A DNA stretch of 63,377 nucleotides, counting the filler, from Choristocarpus tenellus KU-1152 (lineage: Eukaryota > Protista > Phaeophyceae): the NCBI GenBank assembly GCA_964200185.2. It is 13 parts of 13 records of this genome, joined end to end, with 100 filler letters (N's around TTAATTAATTAA, not from the genome) between each part and the next. Parts side by side here need not be neighbours in the genome. Positions count along the whole stretch, not along the records: positions 46,507 to 54,035 come from CAXNAD020006015.1; positions 54,136 to 57,141 come from CAXNAD020022994.1; positions 57,242 to 60,419 come from CAXNAD020021753.1; positions 60,520 to 63,377 come from CAXNAD020024153.1; 9 more parts are not named here. One strand, 5' to 3'. The translations under genes were made by a program, and so were the position numbers. This document shows, piece after piece, positions 51,296-63,377 of the stretch (the stretch's first letter is position 1; the number at the start of each line of letters is the position of its first letter). The notes beneath the pieces were generated by a model. That model made no database searches, was not told the DNA's origin, and worked only from the letters and a program-made list of their open reading frames with translations.

Positions 51296-53980
51296 TGATG
51301 GTGGAGACAACCGCAGTACCTGTTGCAACCTCTGGCTGAAGGTCCTCAATCTACATGGGTAAGGTTAGAGTAGCGCATGGAGTGTTGTTTAATCTTGATA
51401 GTTTATATTCGTCTTGCTCGTGTCACTCCATAAACTACACTGACTGTCGGCCCGACCTGATCAACACAAATCGAGCATATATTTTAGATATGTTCTTTGA
51501 AAAATACTAATGCTAATAGTACGATAAATGATTTCATCGCAATTGACCCACCTCTTTCATGAGAAGCGATTTGCATGAAGGGTACACCCTCTCTCATGGT
51601 GAAATGGAGAGAAAAGAGAAGATGAAGTTCTGTCATTTTTTGTTCCCAATATCAAATCAATACCAATCATCAACATTTTATTTTTTCCATAGTATTATTG
51701 ATGTAGTACCAAATAACAAGAAATTCTTTTAAAATGAAGAATGATATTTGAACTTCAGACCTCTTACTACCTACAGCCAAAGCTTACCAATAGTAGAATG
51801 TTATTTAGTATTGTACATGTTTAAAGTGCATCTGGGTGTCAACCTATGACATGGCCGCCTTATGTGTCAATTTTTTTTCATCTCGCTGGCCATGGGCGAA
51901 AGGTTCCAACATGACTGAGTCCACGACCATCAACTACTTCAACATGATTGAGTCTCCAGTCGACCTCGTATATCGAAGCTCGAACTGGTCGAGTTCATGG
52001 CCATCAACTGTTTCCACATAGTCGACCTACACCCATACCCTGAAAGGTAGACATCCTAAGTGTTCGGACTGCTTTTTGTAACTGGATATTACGGGCATAT
52101 TTTGGTTAGGTTATAGCCTCAAATTACTCTGCCCCCCAAAAAACATAGATACACTTTGTTGGTCAATTAGTGTTTTGAATCGTACCTATTGACTTGGTCC
52201 GATTCGATTAAATCGCAGTTTAACCGAAATCGAAAATTTCAAGACCGATTTTTCGGGTAAGTATAGTCATATTTTTCAACTCAGGAATATTTGAGGGAGA
52301 AAAGGAACACCATGCAACAACGTATCCAGTCACACAAGGACCGTAAACATCTGTATGGACTCCATAATAAACCACGATTGTGCCTAGGTACTCTGAAGAT
52401 GGTGTGGGTGGGTTCCTGCACGAATATGGCGTCGACATATTGATGATCCATCTGACAGATATCCCCTTCCGTGTGTAGAGGATGATGACTAGGAAAGGTG
52501 AAGGGTCAAATAAGACAGAAACTGCCTTGATATGTATTTGAACGGATGGCCGACCAAGAGAAAGAGAAGCGCGTGAAGGAATTGGCAAACAATGAAACCC
52601 CTGAGGCGTCTTTTCTGTGTACACGAGAGGGAGAGCACCCAATCTATTTGAAAAATGGCAACTTCTTAAGAGCCGACATCAAGTTAGGAGATCCTAAGCA
52701 GACAGCCAACGCTAGAAATCACCGAGGAAGCCTTACGTGAGTTGGAGGAAATGGGAACAAGATTGAAAGTCCATGTTGGGTGTTCAGCGATGGGCGGACC
52801 CCTATTTCTTGGCGAAGTCACCAGAGTGGGCGATTCTTCTTTTTGCCACGTCATCGTCATGGAGAAACAGTCACTTTCAGTGAGACTATGGGAATACTGC
52901 GACTACCAAAGGCTGGACCCAGAAAAACGTGCAGCTTCTTGTGTTCCTTCACAACACCTGGATGAATGTAGATGCATGGGAGGCTGTTAAGGATGGCAAC
53001 AGAAGCAATACCACCTTAAGATCGTAACAACATGTAGTCACAACATACGAAAATACGTAATTGATCTGATGTAACAAACACACATCTATCTGCAAAATGT
53101 CAGAGGGCAAAGTAACAAATGTAAAAAATAGGTTTAAAATTCCTCATTCCGCGATGATCCTCTTCACAATTGTCCAGTCCAGTTTTGCTGGGAAAAATAA
53201 AAACATATATAGTAAGAAATCGCTCGGACAAAGCATCGAAAGTATATTTAGTACTTGGGAAAGCGCACACAAATGAAGAGTACCTAAGAAAATATTGCTT
53301 CTGACGGTGCACCTCACCATCTCTGGATCGTTAGCCTCGCCTCGCTGAGCGCCGTTCAGTGCTTGGAGTGCTTCGCACACCTCGCCCCATGCACTTAGTA
53401 CACAATTCGATTATAACCAAGTAAATCAAACATTTTCGAGCCGAATTAACACACATCATTTTTTCAATTCACAACATTACGATTAATCCACATATTAGTC
53501 GGGTACGTATGATGATGAGCAGATCGCGTGGTTAGAAAGGGACTACGCAAGGGAGAGATAAGAAAAAATAATAGTACGAACAATAGACAAACTAAAAGAT
53601 GCATAAACGTTGAATAAAAGAGGAGAATGTAGAATGAAAAAATAAGGCATAGAAAAATAAACAGAAGTATGTAAAAGGAAGAAATGCAAAAGGAAAAATC
53701 AAATATCCACATTGATATCAGCAGCTCCAACATCATCAGTCCAAAGAAGGCATCCATCAACACATAGGCACACACCAAAGAATCAAATCTGGTCCCATTC
53801 AGTCACGAACAGCACATAAATATCACCAGTGCCAAGGACAGTATCCCAGATCATACCCCATTACCAACACTAAGGTCAGGAAGTGATGATAGGCATTCTT
53901 GGTCACTATGTGCATATTTGAGTGCCGAGGTGCTGTGGTGTCAGTCACCTTAGCATGCTCAATGTATACAAAATGAAAAT

Positions 53981-54035
53981 GGCTCAAAGTATCTGGGGGG
54001 GGGGGGGGGGCAACACCAGGGTGGCCATTCGGGTC
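53981..54035. mobile_element. MITE family B, partial, at contig end
   Basis: GGCTCAAAGTATCT + G-run + CAACACCAGGGTGGCCATTCGG. Confidence 0.8.
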
Positions 54036-54135
54036 NNNNNNNNNNNNNNNNNNNNNNNNNNNNNNNNNNNNNNNNNNNNTTAATTAATTAANNNNNNNNN
54101 NNNNNNNNNNNNNNNNNNNNNNNNNNNNNNNNNNN

Positions 54136-54270
54136 CTTTTCAAGACGTATACATTTTACCTACTCTGGAATTTTTTAGAGTAGGAAAATGTAATAATAAT
54201 ACGTCAGGGGAAGTGAAGCACGAAATGGACAAACAGGGCAAAACTCGTACCCTCTAAGATACTTTCAGTC
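54136..54270 (+). mobile_element. MITE family A, right half, at contig start
   Basis: Internal hairpin CATTTTACCTACTCT..AGAGTAGGAAAATG and right end AAATGGACAAACAGGGCAAAACTCGTACCCTCTAAGATACTTTCAGTC. Confidence 0.88.
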
Positions 54271-56077
54271 TCTAGTAAATTCAATGAGGAGTCAGAGTAC
54301 TACTGCTAGTGGTTAGTAAACCAACGACTTTTTTCGGATGATACTAACTATTTCTGATGTGATAGGGCGCTTCCATACCCCCCTCGTCCAACACAGTCGC
54401 TCTACCTCGCCAAGCAACAGTGGCTCTTCTACTCCTCCGTGTGAGGCCGGCCATACTTCAACGCCATATACTGGACCATTAGGGGTTTTCGATTAGACAT
54501 GTCCGGACGTGGAGACATTGCTCCTCCAGTCCGTACTGAAGCCTGAGGTAGGAGATACCTGGAGCCGTTAACAAATGTAGAGGGTACGTTCAAGGTACTT
54601 GGTGAAGTACCAAAGGAGGAGGAGCAACCGAGGTTGGATGTTAGTATGGTCGGCAGTAGGAAGAATCCCTAAGTCCAAGCTGTGGCAGGTAAATAGGAGT
54701 GAGCCGATGGCTGTTCGTGTGTAGGTCATCTCTCAGAGGCCTCTTTAGGGTTTTAAAGCAGGCAACGAATGATTCTTGGTGTGAAGATGGATTTTTAGAT
54801 GTCAAACAGCGTCATCGAACAGACCACAGTCGCAAAGTGAGGGATGTGGGTTGGCGAGATAGAGGCGAGAGAAGAAAGAAAACTGGAACAGACTTGACCC
54901 CTGCTAGGTTGGTACCTGTGGTATTTGAAGGTGATCCACAGGCAGTCATTACTTCCAACAGACCAACCCTTGTAGAAACTGATCGAGATTATGGAGGGAA
55001 CGCAGCTGGAACTGAAGTTGTAATCAAGTCAGTGCCATATGGGACTGAAGCAATCCCCATGCTTGCCTATGAATGGGAACATCGATCAATTGGGGCTACC
55101 AAGATTCTTCGACATGTGGCGGGAAGAGTAGCCACCGTGCCTGCCACCAAAGAGGACAAGACATCTGGAGGAACAGTAGCCAAGCCTTTACTTGCTGAGG
55201 GCAGAGAAGTAGCTACATCAGAGATGCTCTCGGTGATGATACACCTCGGCGACCCCCCATTTGCCTAGAAAAGGACTAGAGTCAAGACTCCATCCACCGA
55301 AGGAGAAAGACCCAAGTGGCCAATCCTTGGAGGGGTGTGTAGACCCAGGTCGAGGTTTTCGAACATATACTGCTGGCATTGGCATTGGTTTTGAATTGTT
55401 GAGCTTGTTTGATCTAATGCCGATTAGGCTCAATTCACTCTCGATAAACTAATTAGGCGATTATAAGAAAACGTGCAAGTCGACTGAGGGGAAGGTCCTT
55501 GCAGCGGTAGATCAACTGTGGCTGAAGTGTCCACTAAGATCACTGACAAAATAACCATTCACAGGGTATTTTCTTCTACATCCGTAGGTTTCTGATGATA
55601 TTTTCTTCTGCACCCGTAGATTTCTGATGGGGGTTGTTCCTGAATTGAGGACATGAAAATTTGTTGTCAGAAATCACAATTGTAAGCCCCTTAACAACAA
55701 AACCACCAATGTCCATCCCCTCTAGGACACTGGTGCTAAACTTCCTAACGGAGAATAAGTCGAGCAAACAATCCCCACATGAGTAGGAGATATTTTTTTG
55801 TTGGATTTGTGCTTCATGATGTAGTACTTTTAGAACGGGTTGGAACATAGGAGCACCTTATCACCTTAGAACATTTTACTTTTATTATTCACACATATCT
55901 ATACGTAAGGAAGAAAAAATACTTCCTCCATTCTGAAGTAAGTGCAACATAGCTTTTGCATCTCCATTGAAGAGGCTACATGTTTTTGCAGAGGTTCATA
56001 TTTCATGGGTGTATTGTGCAGACACTAACAAGGTTGCCCACCGAAATCTTAACCAAAACGGGGCATCCAACACCGAT

Positions 56078-57141
56078 CTATGATTCCGCCCCCAAAGCCC
56101 TCCAAAACTCCATTCCAGCACAATATTTCATCGCATCCACCGGGATATTTGGGGGGAGCTTGTCCGCCTTCTCGGCCTTTCCCTTGATAAGGTCGGGAAT
56201 CTTAAAGACTTTGTCACCCTTGGACCCCAGCACGTCCCCATAGAGTGAAAAGAGGCTCTGGCAGACGCGCCCTAGTGTCTCCCAGAGGTACACATCAAAC
56301 ACCTCCATTGTGGCCTCCAACACCTCATTTGTGTTGGTCAACCCCACATCTTCCTTCAGTTGCTGGATGGAGTGAGAGAATCCCAGGTCGTTGGCGCTGA
56401 GGTCAGGGGAGTTGGCTGGCTGGGTCTCTATGGCAATGTTGTCCCCAGCCGCCTCCTCAATTACCTCCATGATCCCCCCCTTGATGTGTGGCTTTGGCCC
56501 GTCCCACTGCACAAAGATGGCGCAAAGTATCTGGGGGGGAGTGGTGACTGTCCAATTGGGATCAATTTTTTTCATGTCGCGATTTTTCAGTGGTTTGGTT
56601 GCATACGTCGGATGCATAATGTAAGTGCACTTTTCCTGGTTTTGCCCCAAATGGACACCCTGGTGTAGACCAACCCCCTCCCCTGATACTTTGGGTCAAA
56701 TGGTGTAACCTTCCAGCCTAGGCATGCAGGCCTTGATTGCCAGGATGAAATCCTCGATCATGAGCTTGTCATACCTCTCCCCGACCACCATGGCTGGCAC
56801 AAGCACCTCGATGCCCTTGGGGCGGTGTTTGATGGACCCATGAGGGACCCTAGTATCTACGATTGGCCAGATCCCGATTTCCCATTGAACCATATCCTGT
56901 TGGAGAGGTTCCTAGGGCAGGGCTCACGGCTGAAAGGAACATCACCTTCATAATGTAGCACTTACCCTGCGCTTGTGGGGATATGGGGGGGTCCTCAGTG
57001 GGGTGCAGATACACACCCTGCCCATCTTCGAGGATGTAAAACCGCTTCTCTTACACATGCACCCAGACGTACACATCGTCCACAGATACCCCACTCCCCC
57101 CCCCCCCCTTGCCTGTGGCTGGTGGACAAAAACCCACCTTT
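56078..57141 (-). mobile_element. Mariner-like (IS630-Tc1-mariner, plant/stramenopile DD39D-like) transposase pseudogene interrupted by a MITE
   Basis: Reverse-strand motifs VHV*EKRFY, YIMKVMFLSAV, GIWPIV, HRPKG, EGYTI[MITE]FVQWDGPKPH and IETQPANSPDLSANDLGFSHSIQQL match HvDEKWFY / KVMFL.AV / GKIGIWPF / QQDNA.PH / QP.NSPDlNvlDLGFF.sIQsL. Frameshifts and stops are present. Confidence 0.9.
56519..56697 (+). mobile_element. MITE family B, full-length copy nested in the mariner transposase
   Basis: GGCGCAAAGTATCTGGGGGGG ... CCCCTGATACTTTGGGTC. Removing it plus 4 flanking nt restores the transposase frame G-Y-T-I-F-V-Q. Confidence 0.92.
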
Positions 57142-59944
57142 NNNNNNNNNNNNNNNNNNNNNNNNNNNNNNNNNNNNNNNNNNNNTTAATTAATTAANNN
57201 NNNNNNNNNNNNNNNNNNNNNNNNNNNNNNNNNNNNNNNNNTTAAGACCGTTTTCGCAAAACAATCATCCTCATAGTCCCGCTCCATCCTCAATTTTGAA
57301 AATCCCCTGTTAGAAGTGTTGACAGTGATTTTGGTGGGTTGTTTTAAGAAGAAGAGCGAGTGTGTTTGCTTCATGATCGCATCCTCCGTTTTACTTGGTA
57401 ACATATTAATTGCTCTAGACGGTTCTAGGTCTCCCCTGGTTACACACGTACGTATGGTGAATAAATTTTGGGGAGTATTTAATTAACCAATCATGTTTTG
57501 TCGAATCTCGGACTTCTGCTGAGTTATTTTCCGCTTGCTGCAGCGAAACTACTTCATCATACACTCTACAAACATGGAAGATGATAGAGTTTAACGATCC
57601 TGTGTCAGCAACACACCCTATACTAGGATGAAGACCGCACAGATTCCTGGACAGTGGAGCATACTATAAATACCTACCTTCGAGCTAGATCAATCAAATC
57701 CTCCAACAACCAAACACAACGTCAACCTCATTTCCCGAACTTTCACCTCACCTATAAATTTGATAACTCCACAGTAAGTACCTACATATTATGGTGGTAA
57801 TACAAGATGATGGAGGTAGGTTCCTTAGTCTTACATCATCGAGAACTCAACATCCATCCATATCTAATCCAATACCAAAACATCGATCCTTCAAGTTCAC
57901 ATACACTGGTTACGTGTTGCTGGTGTCCGATTTTATGATGGCCATCTATCTAGAGGATGAAGTACCTAATTCTATGATGTGGGATAACTATCTCTTTTTT
58001 CTTTTTGATTTTTTCATGCTACTGATTCGCTGACAAAAGTTCCTCTTCCAAAGTGGTTCACCCGTACGTTATGTGATAACGTCCAAATAAAAAATAATAA
58101 ATCAATGGTGTTGGCTTATTTCCTCTTCCCTTCTTGGCGTGTACGTACTAAGAGTATATCTCATCGTATTTTGGCTATTTGCTTGATGAAACGCCAAAAA
58201 ACGGATCGCCTTGTTGTGATGACAACTGATAACACATATACGCACCAATAGTAGTGCTGCTGTGAAGGACTACTACTTTTGTGGAGGTTCTTGGCAACAG
58301 TCTTACGTTAGCATTTTCGCGAGACAGTTTGCCACGGCACCAAACAATTTATTATTTTACGTTCCTCTTGCTTCTTTGTAGTTCGCAAACCATTTACTCA
58401 TTACGCGTCCAATAGCTCACATACTATACCGCCCACAAACCATCGCTCAAGCTGCCGCAAAACAGTCCACACCATGGACATCCGAAACAACAAAAGGGCC
58501 AAGCTTGACCACGACGGTCCTGAAGAAAACTCGTGAGTACTGCCGCATACAGATTTCTACGAAAATTATCCTGCAACAGACTGCAATAAATATTATCGAG
58601 TGTAGATAGAGTACGACCAAGTCGAACTTCGATTTTGAAAATCATACCAATCCAAACCCGTACTCCCTACACAATTATTAGTTGAAGGGTCTCAATTTTC
58701 CCTGTCCAATTGCGGCAAGTGGAGTGGACTTCCCCTCAAACTCAACAAGATATTCTCGAAGGAAGTTGACGATTCACCAAACATGCACTCAGAAACACGG
58801 TCCTTTCCATCGCACGCCACGCAAACAGGGACCCATCACCTTACAGATCAGGCAACGACATGATCAAGTCACCAAGTGATACCAGGGCCTCCAATCCACC
58901 GCCTAGTGGTCCGTTTCAAGGCGCTAGGATGTCCCATGACGGTATGTTCCGGCCTGTCTATTAACATTCTTCCTCATGATGCGAACTCTTGTTCTACTTT
59001 CTTCGGGCATTAATCTCGTTCATGATGATATTAAGTAGGTCACATTCCTGTCATATATCAAAACCATTCACGCTCAAGGGTCTATACCACAGAGTGAAGC
59101 AATAACCACGAGCTGCAGCAATTTTTCGGTGAAGAACTCACACTATTGCGCCTGGTGCTTTGGTTGACAGCCTCTCCAACCACACGCCAACGTGATGTTC
59201 ACAAACGTAACTAACTGGATCCTCCCACGCTTTTCTCACAGGATCACATCCACGCCAGGGCCTCACTCAAGTTTCAACAGCATTGTGATCACAGGTGCAT
59301 ATCTGCAGAGTTAAAGGAAAGTTCCTTACTAGCACTCGATATGACCTTGGCAAAATAAAGAGGCTGACGCAACATCCAGAAGCAAGCATCATAGGACTGC
59401 CAGTAATGACAACTGGCGGTGTATACTTTGCCGGTTTACACAATAGACTTGTAGGGGCAATAGGCTCTTCGCCCATCGCTGCATCTAGAGTTTTACAGAC
59501 CAGTCTCTGAACAAAGACAAGGAAGTGGAATGCATAATCAAATTGTTAAGGTGCCTTCAACTCCTACACATAAACAAATCCTATTCCTTGTGAAGTCACA
59601 AGCACATCAAACTTGTATATGTGCCGCAATTTCTATCACTAAAAATCGTGTACCTCCACTGGGCTCGGGAGCAACCAACACATAAAACAGAGAGCCGCGC
59701 ATCCAACTCAACCCACAACATGCACACGCTCAAATTCCATTTCGATATTAAGAAAAAAACAAACAAACAGGACAACATCCTCACAGAACAGGGATTTCAA
59801 CAAACGTGAGACTTTTGGCATCTCTCTCTTCCCCCCCCCAAAATAAAATAAAATAATATATATATATATATATATCAGCAAATAAACGTCTTTTTTCTTC
59901 ATTCTCCACACACACACACACACCAAGGAGGCGTGCAATCAGCC

Positions 59945-60211
59945 TCACAACGCCTCCTCCGTATCCTCTCCGTCATCATCTTCTCCCTCATCTTCATCCT
60001 CCTCAACTTCCTCATCATCCATATCCTCCTCCTCCTCCTCTCCTCCTTCCTCTTCATCACCCTGATCTCCTGCACCCGTCCGAACCCACCCTGGACTGGT
60101 CTCTACCTCTCCCTCCTCCTCATCTTCATTGCTGTTCCCACTGCCACCGTCGCTGCTTTCGCCGCCCTTTCCCCTCCTCTGGGCTACCCCCTTGTAACCC
60201 CTTGAGATCGC
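59945..60211 (-). CDS. Probable terminal exon encoding an acidic C-terminal tail; gene unidentified
   Basis: Acceptor CACTGTAG, then AISRGYKGVAQRRGKGGESSDGGSGNSNEDEEGEV...EEDMDDEEVEEDEDEGEDDDGEDTEEAL* open to a TGA. Missed by the ORF track because it has no start codon. Confidence 0.55.
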   Translation of the reverse strand, partial: AISRGYKGVAQRRGKGGESSDGGSGNSNEDEEEGEVETSPGWVRTGAGDQGDEEEGGEEEEEDMDDEEVEEDEDEGEDDDGEDTEEAL

Positions 60212-60519
60212 CTACAGTGCCAATACAAAAACCACGGAAGACGAGGCAACGGCCAAGTGTGAGAGGTAGAGGGACAGCACTTATCAAAAGAAAGCACACA
60301 CAAAGAGTTAAACCAATAGAGAGAGAGGTTGGGCAGGGTTGCATTTTAAGGATATACCCTGAAAAAGGAGGGGGGGGGGGGGGGGGAAAAAAGGGGGGGG
60401 GGAAGAGGCGGGGGGGGGGNNNNNNNNNNNNNNNNNNNNNNNNNNNNNNNNNNNNNNNNNNNNTTAATTAATTAANNNNNNNNNNNNNNNNNNNNNNNNN
60501 NNNNNNNNNNNNNNNNNNN

Positions 60520-60536
60520 CAGAAATACTTTGAGCC
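60520..60536. mobile_element. MITE family B terminus at contig start
   Basis: CAGAAATACTTTGAGCC. Confidence 0.6.
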
Positions 60537-61949
60537 CATTCTGGTGGCTGGTGGCCTGCGGGGGGGGGGGGGGGCTTCTCCAATAACAACTGTGTTCTCA
60601 ACACTGTCCATGGTATAAAAAATCGACCTTGCACCATCCCTCCCATGAAAGCGTGTAAGAGACAATCACCTTCTGGGGGCATCAAAAATACAATTTTCAA
60701 GTTAAGGGACATACACTCTGATTTCGATTGACCCACACCAAATTTTTAATGCTATCTTTCTTGGGCAAACACCCTCTACTCAGACCACAAAATTGCAGCT
60801 TTCGTCGTCAGAATCTATGAAAAAAAATAAATCCCTAGCACATCTGAATGAAATGGACTCTCCAACTGTTCAGTTCAGGCGAGCTGTGGTTGGCTGATGC
60901 AAGGCTAAACCGCTGGATACAGTGAGATTCCACAACATAGGAACATATTTCCAATTGCAAACACACACACACACACACACACACATGCAATCAAAGCAAT
61001 GACTCGGCACAGATTGCACAGTCATCCAGTTGCATTGAAGTAGTCAACCAGTCAAAAGTAACTCATTATTCCACTGTTTACACACACACATATCAAAGCA
61101 ATCACGCACACCGGTGGGAACAGAGATAGGGTTAGGGTTCAACTTGAAGGATCCCGATAAAGGGCAAAGAGAGACCCCTTTTGATACAATTTCACAAATA
61201 GCCGTTACCGAATTGAGTTGTCACTTTTGTGTGTGAACAAGGGAGCATATCAATTTTGCGTACACTATTAGCACATACAGCAATGAAATAGAGTGCATTA
61301 GGTAGGGTTAGGGTAAGAAAGGCGGCTAAGAATATGAAAGGGCCCAAACCTACCTACCTCTCAATTGGTTCGTCTCTAATACCACTACGTTCATTCCCCA
61401 CACTCAATTTACAATTAATATCATACTCTGTAAGCAAAACGCCATTAACTCTTTTAGGAACAGTCACAGCGTACCCCCACAAGTACAATTTTTTTTGTGT
61501 ACTATGACCATGGGGCCTTATCCCTGCACAGAAAACACCAAGAGGAACGGAACCCACTACAACACAAGAACAGCACACTGGTGATGCATTTCTAGCAGGA
61601 AGTGCAGTGAAATGAAAACTATTGATGGTGATTCAATTCCACCACAACAAAAAATAAATTTGATTGTGTGGAGTCCTGAATAGCAAACCTGGTGGGAAAA
61701 AAACCCTATGGATTCATCCGCCTCGCATCCAACTATGGAGTAGAGCTCTAGAGCTGCGCTCCAGAGCACACGAAAAAGAAAGAGGTATGAAGTACTGCTA
61801 CAGTGTGTAGGAATACAACACTGGCGCCACAAAGAACACCAAACTTACCTAAACAAAAAAAAAATGGTATCTAACAAATTGTTCCTGTAAGTAAACAATA
61901 TTGTCGTAGCTATTTCTCCATGTAAAATCCAACTTCAACATTGCAGTCC

Positions 61950-62224
61950 AAGTCAAAGCACCTTAGACGGGTAGAGCCGCGTCCGTTTGGGGGCCAAAAT
62001 CAAATGGTGCAATATTGACATAATTTTGGCTATCGTGTTTGTTAGGAAGTGTCCATATCCCTCTGTTCCGGACACACCTTTTCATAACGTATACATTTTA
62101 CCTACACTCCAAAACATATTTTGGAGTGTAGGTAAGGTGTCATTAAAAAACCCGTGGGAAGCCAATCCTTAAACCGTCAAACAGGGAATAACTCAAAGGT
62201 ATACCCTCTAAGATACTTTCGCTC
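61950..62224 (+). mobile_element. MITE family A, full-length diverged copy
   Basis: AAGTCAAAGCACCTTAGACGGGTAGAGCCGCGTCCGTTTGG ... ATACCCTCTAAGATACTTTCGCTC; interior aligns with the other A copies. No clear TSD. Confidence 0.88.
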
Positions 62225-63336
62225 AGACAGCGGAGTACTTTACTTTCATGTTTTTTAAAATAAAATAAAAACTACAGAGGACAACATGACATAATCATCA
62301 CTTTCATACATTGTCCCCAGGATATAAATATAAATAAAAACACGATAAAAAGAAACAATTCGCCAAAAAAAGAAACTCCTAAAAAAAAAGAAAGGTCCTA
62401 TACACATTAGAGCATCGGTGACAATCCAATCTTATCACCTCTCGAAATTTTTTCGTTCCTTCCTCCCGGAGTAATAAAAATCTAATTCATAATATTAAAA
62501 AAAAGATCGTAAAAAAAATTGGACCACGATACCCACACCATCACCGCCTACACATCTTTTGTCTTCCTCCTACTATTAAAAAAAAAACCCCTTCCGATAA
62601 GTAAAAAACCCCGCCTATGATAGCAGACTCAACACACCCTGGTACCATTGGTACCCTGGTACCTTGAAAAGCGCTCGACCTGGGGGTCCCAGATAGGTTC
62701 CAAACAGTACGAGGTTCGCAGAACAGACTTCATACCCAAGAATCACCAAGTAGACATACAAAATAAGGCCTTAAAAATCTCAACACTCAAACTTGTCCGT
62801 ATGGATCTTTGCGTCAACATCCCTTCTACGTGCAAGTTCTCGAAAACCAAACCTATCAGGATGTGCTCAACAGTCAGTCCTGTCAGTCCAGTCAGTCACC
62901 CTGTTGACAACAGCAACACGTCAACGCAATGACAACCAAGTCTTCCATCGAAGTATCAACGAACTCACCCTCATTTCCTCATGCAAACGTGCCATCTTGA
63001 CAAAGTGTTCCTCCGGTGACTTGAGAGGATCTTGAGGGTAACGCCCTTATCATTATTTTAAAGAGGTCGAAAAACACACAACAGACACACAACAGATACA
63101 TAACAGACACATAACACACGCACAAAAGAGCACACGAGAAAGGAGATTTGTCACACATCACGCACCTGTATCTTCACACAATTTTAAAAAAACAACAACG
63201 TATTTTGTACCAAACCAGACGCAACCTTAAACAATAGAACAGTACAATCAAAGCCTTCCAATTCAAAACCACACTAAAAAATAAAAACGAAAAACCTCTC
63301 CTGTACACTACCGACATACTACTTAAAGAAAAAAAC

Positions 63337-63367
<31 letters not shown>

Positions 63368-63377
63368 ACCCCCCGCC

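Noticed and set aside
54699-55268. 189-aa plus-strand ORF
   Set aside because: No recognisable domain. It may be the antisense of a decayed gypsy pol linker region, but no diagnostic motif supports annotation.
56078-56650. 190-aa ORF as an intact novel fusion protein
   Set aside because: Chance in-frame read from the inserted MITE B into the C-terminal half of a dead mariner transposase.
17183-56697. Recurring similar peptides in ORFs (e.g. NQEKCTYIIH..YA.K.PKNR in family B copies; IVFVRKC.YP in family A copies) suggesting a small-protein family
   Set aside because: They are translations of MITE interiors; frames and stops are not conserved between copies.

Overview
This is eukaryotic, intron-rich, transposon-littered DNA. 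It is not one locus: 13 short contigs are joined by 12 artificial 100-bp spacers (N44-TTAATTAATTAA-N44), so adjacency across a spacer means nothing. Gene content, the plant/stramenopile-type mariner remnant and short TTAGGG runs suggest a flagellate-stage stramenopile, probably an ochrophyte or brown alga (inference). Spliced genes reconstructed by hand: a complete 5-exon IFT27/RABL4, head-to-head with a secreted 'QP'-repeat protein (partial); a membrane-anchored SDR of the KCR/17-beta-HSD12 type (partial); an anoctamin/TMEM16 (partial); a WW-domain protein, probably cyclin-Y-like (partial); and two unidentified fragments. Mobile elements: a Ty1/copia gag-protease, Ty3/gypsy remnants, a mariner transposase interrupted by a MITE, an internally deleted hAT, and several MITE-like families. 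The most notable signal is two MITE families, A (~258 bp) and B (~180 bp), with unrelated interiors but the same bipartite, asymmetric ends. A terminal AAAGTATCT motif is followed by a GTCCATTTGG box ~30 bp from one end and ~40 bp from the other, about one helical turn apart, with 3-bp target duplications in some copies.
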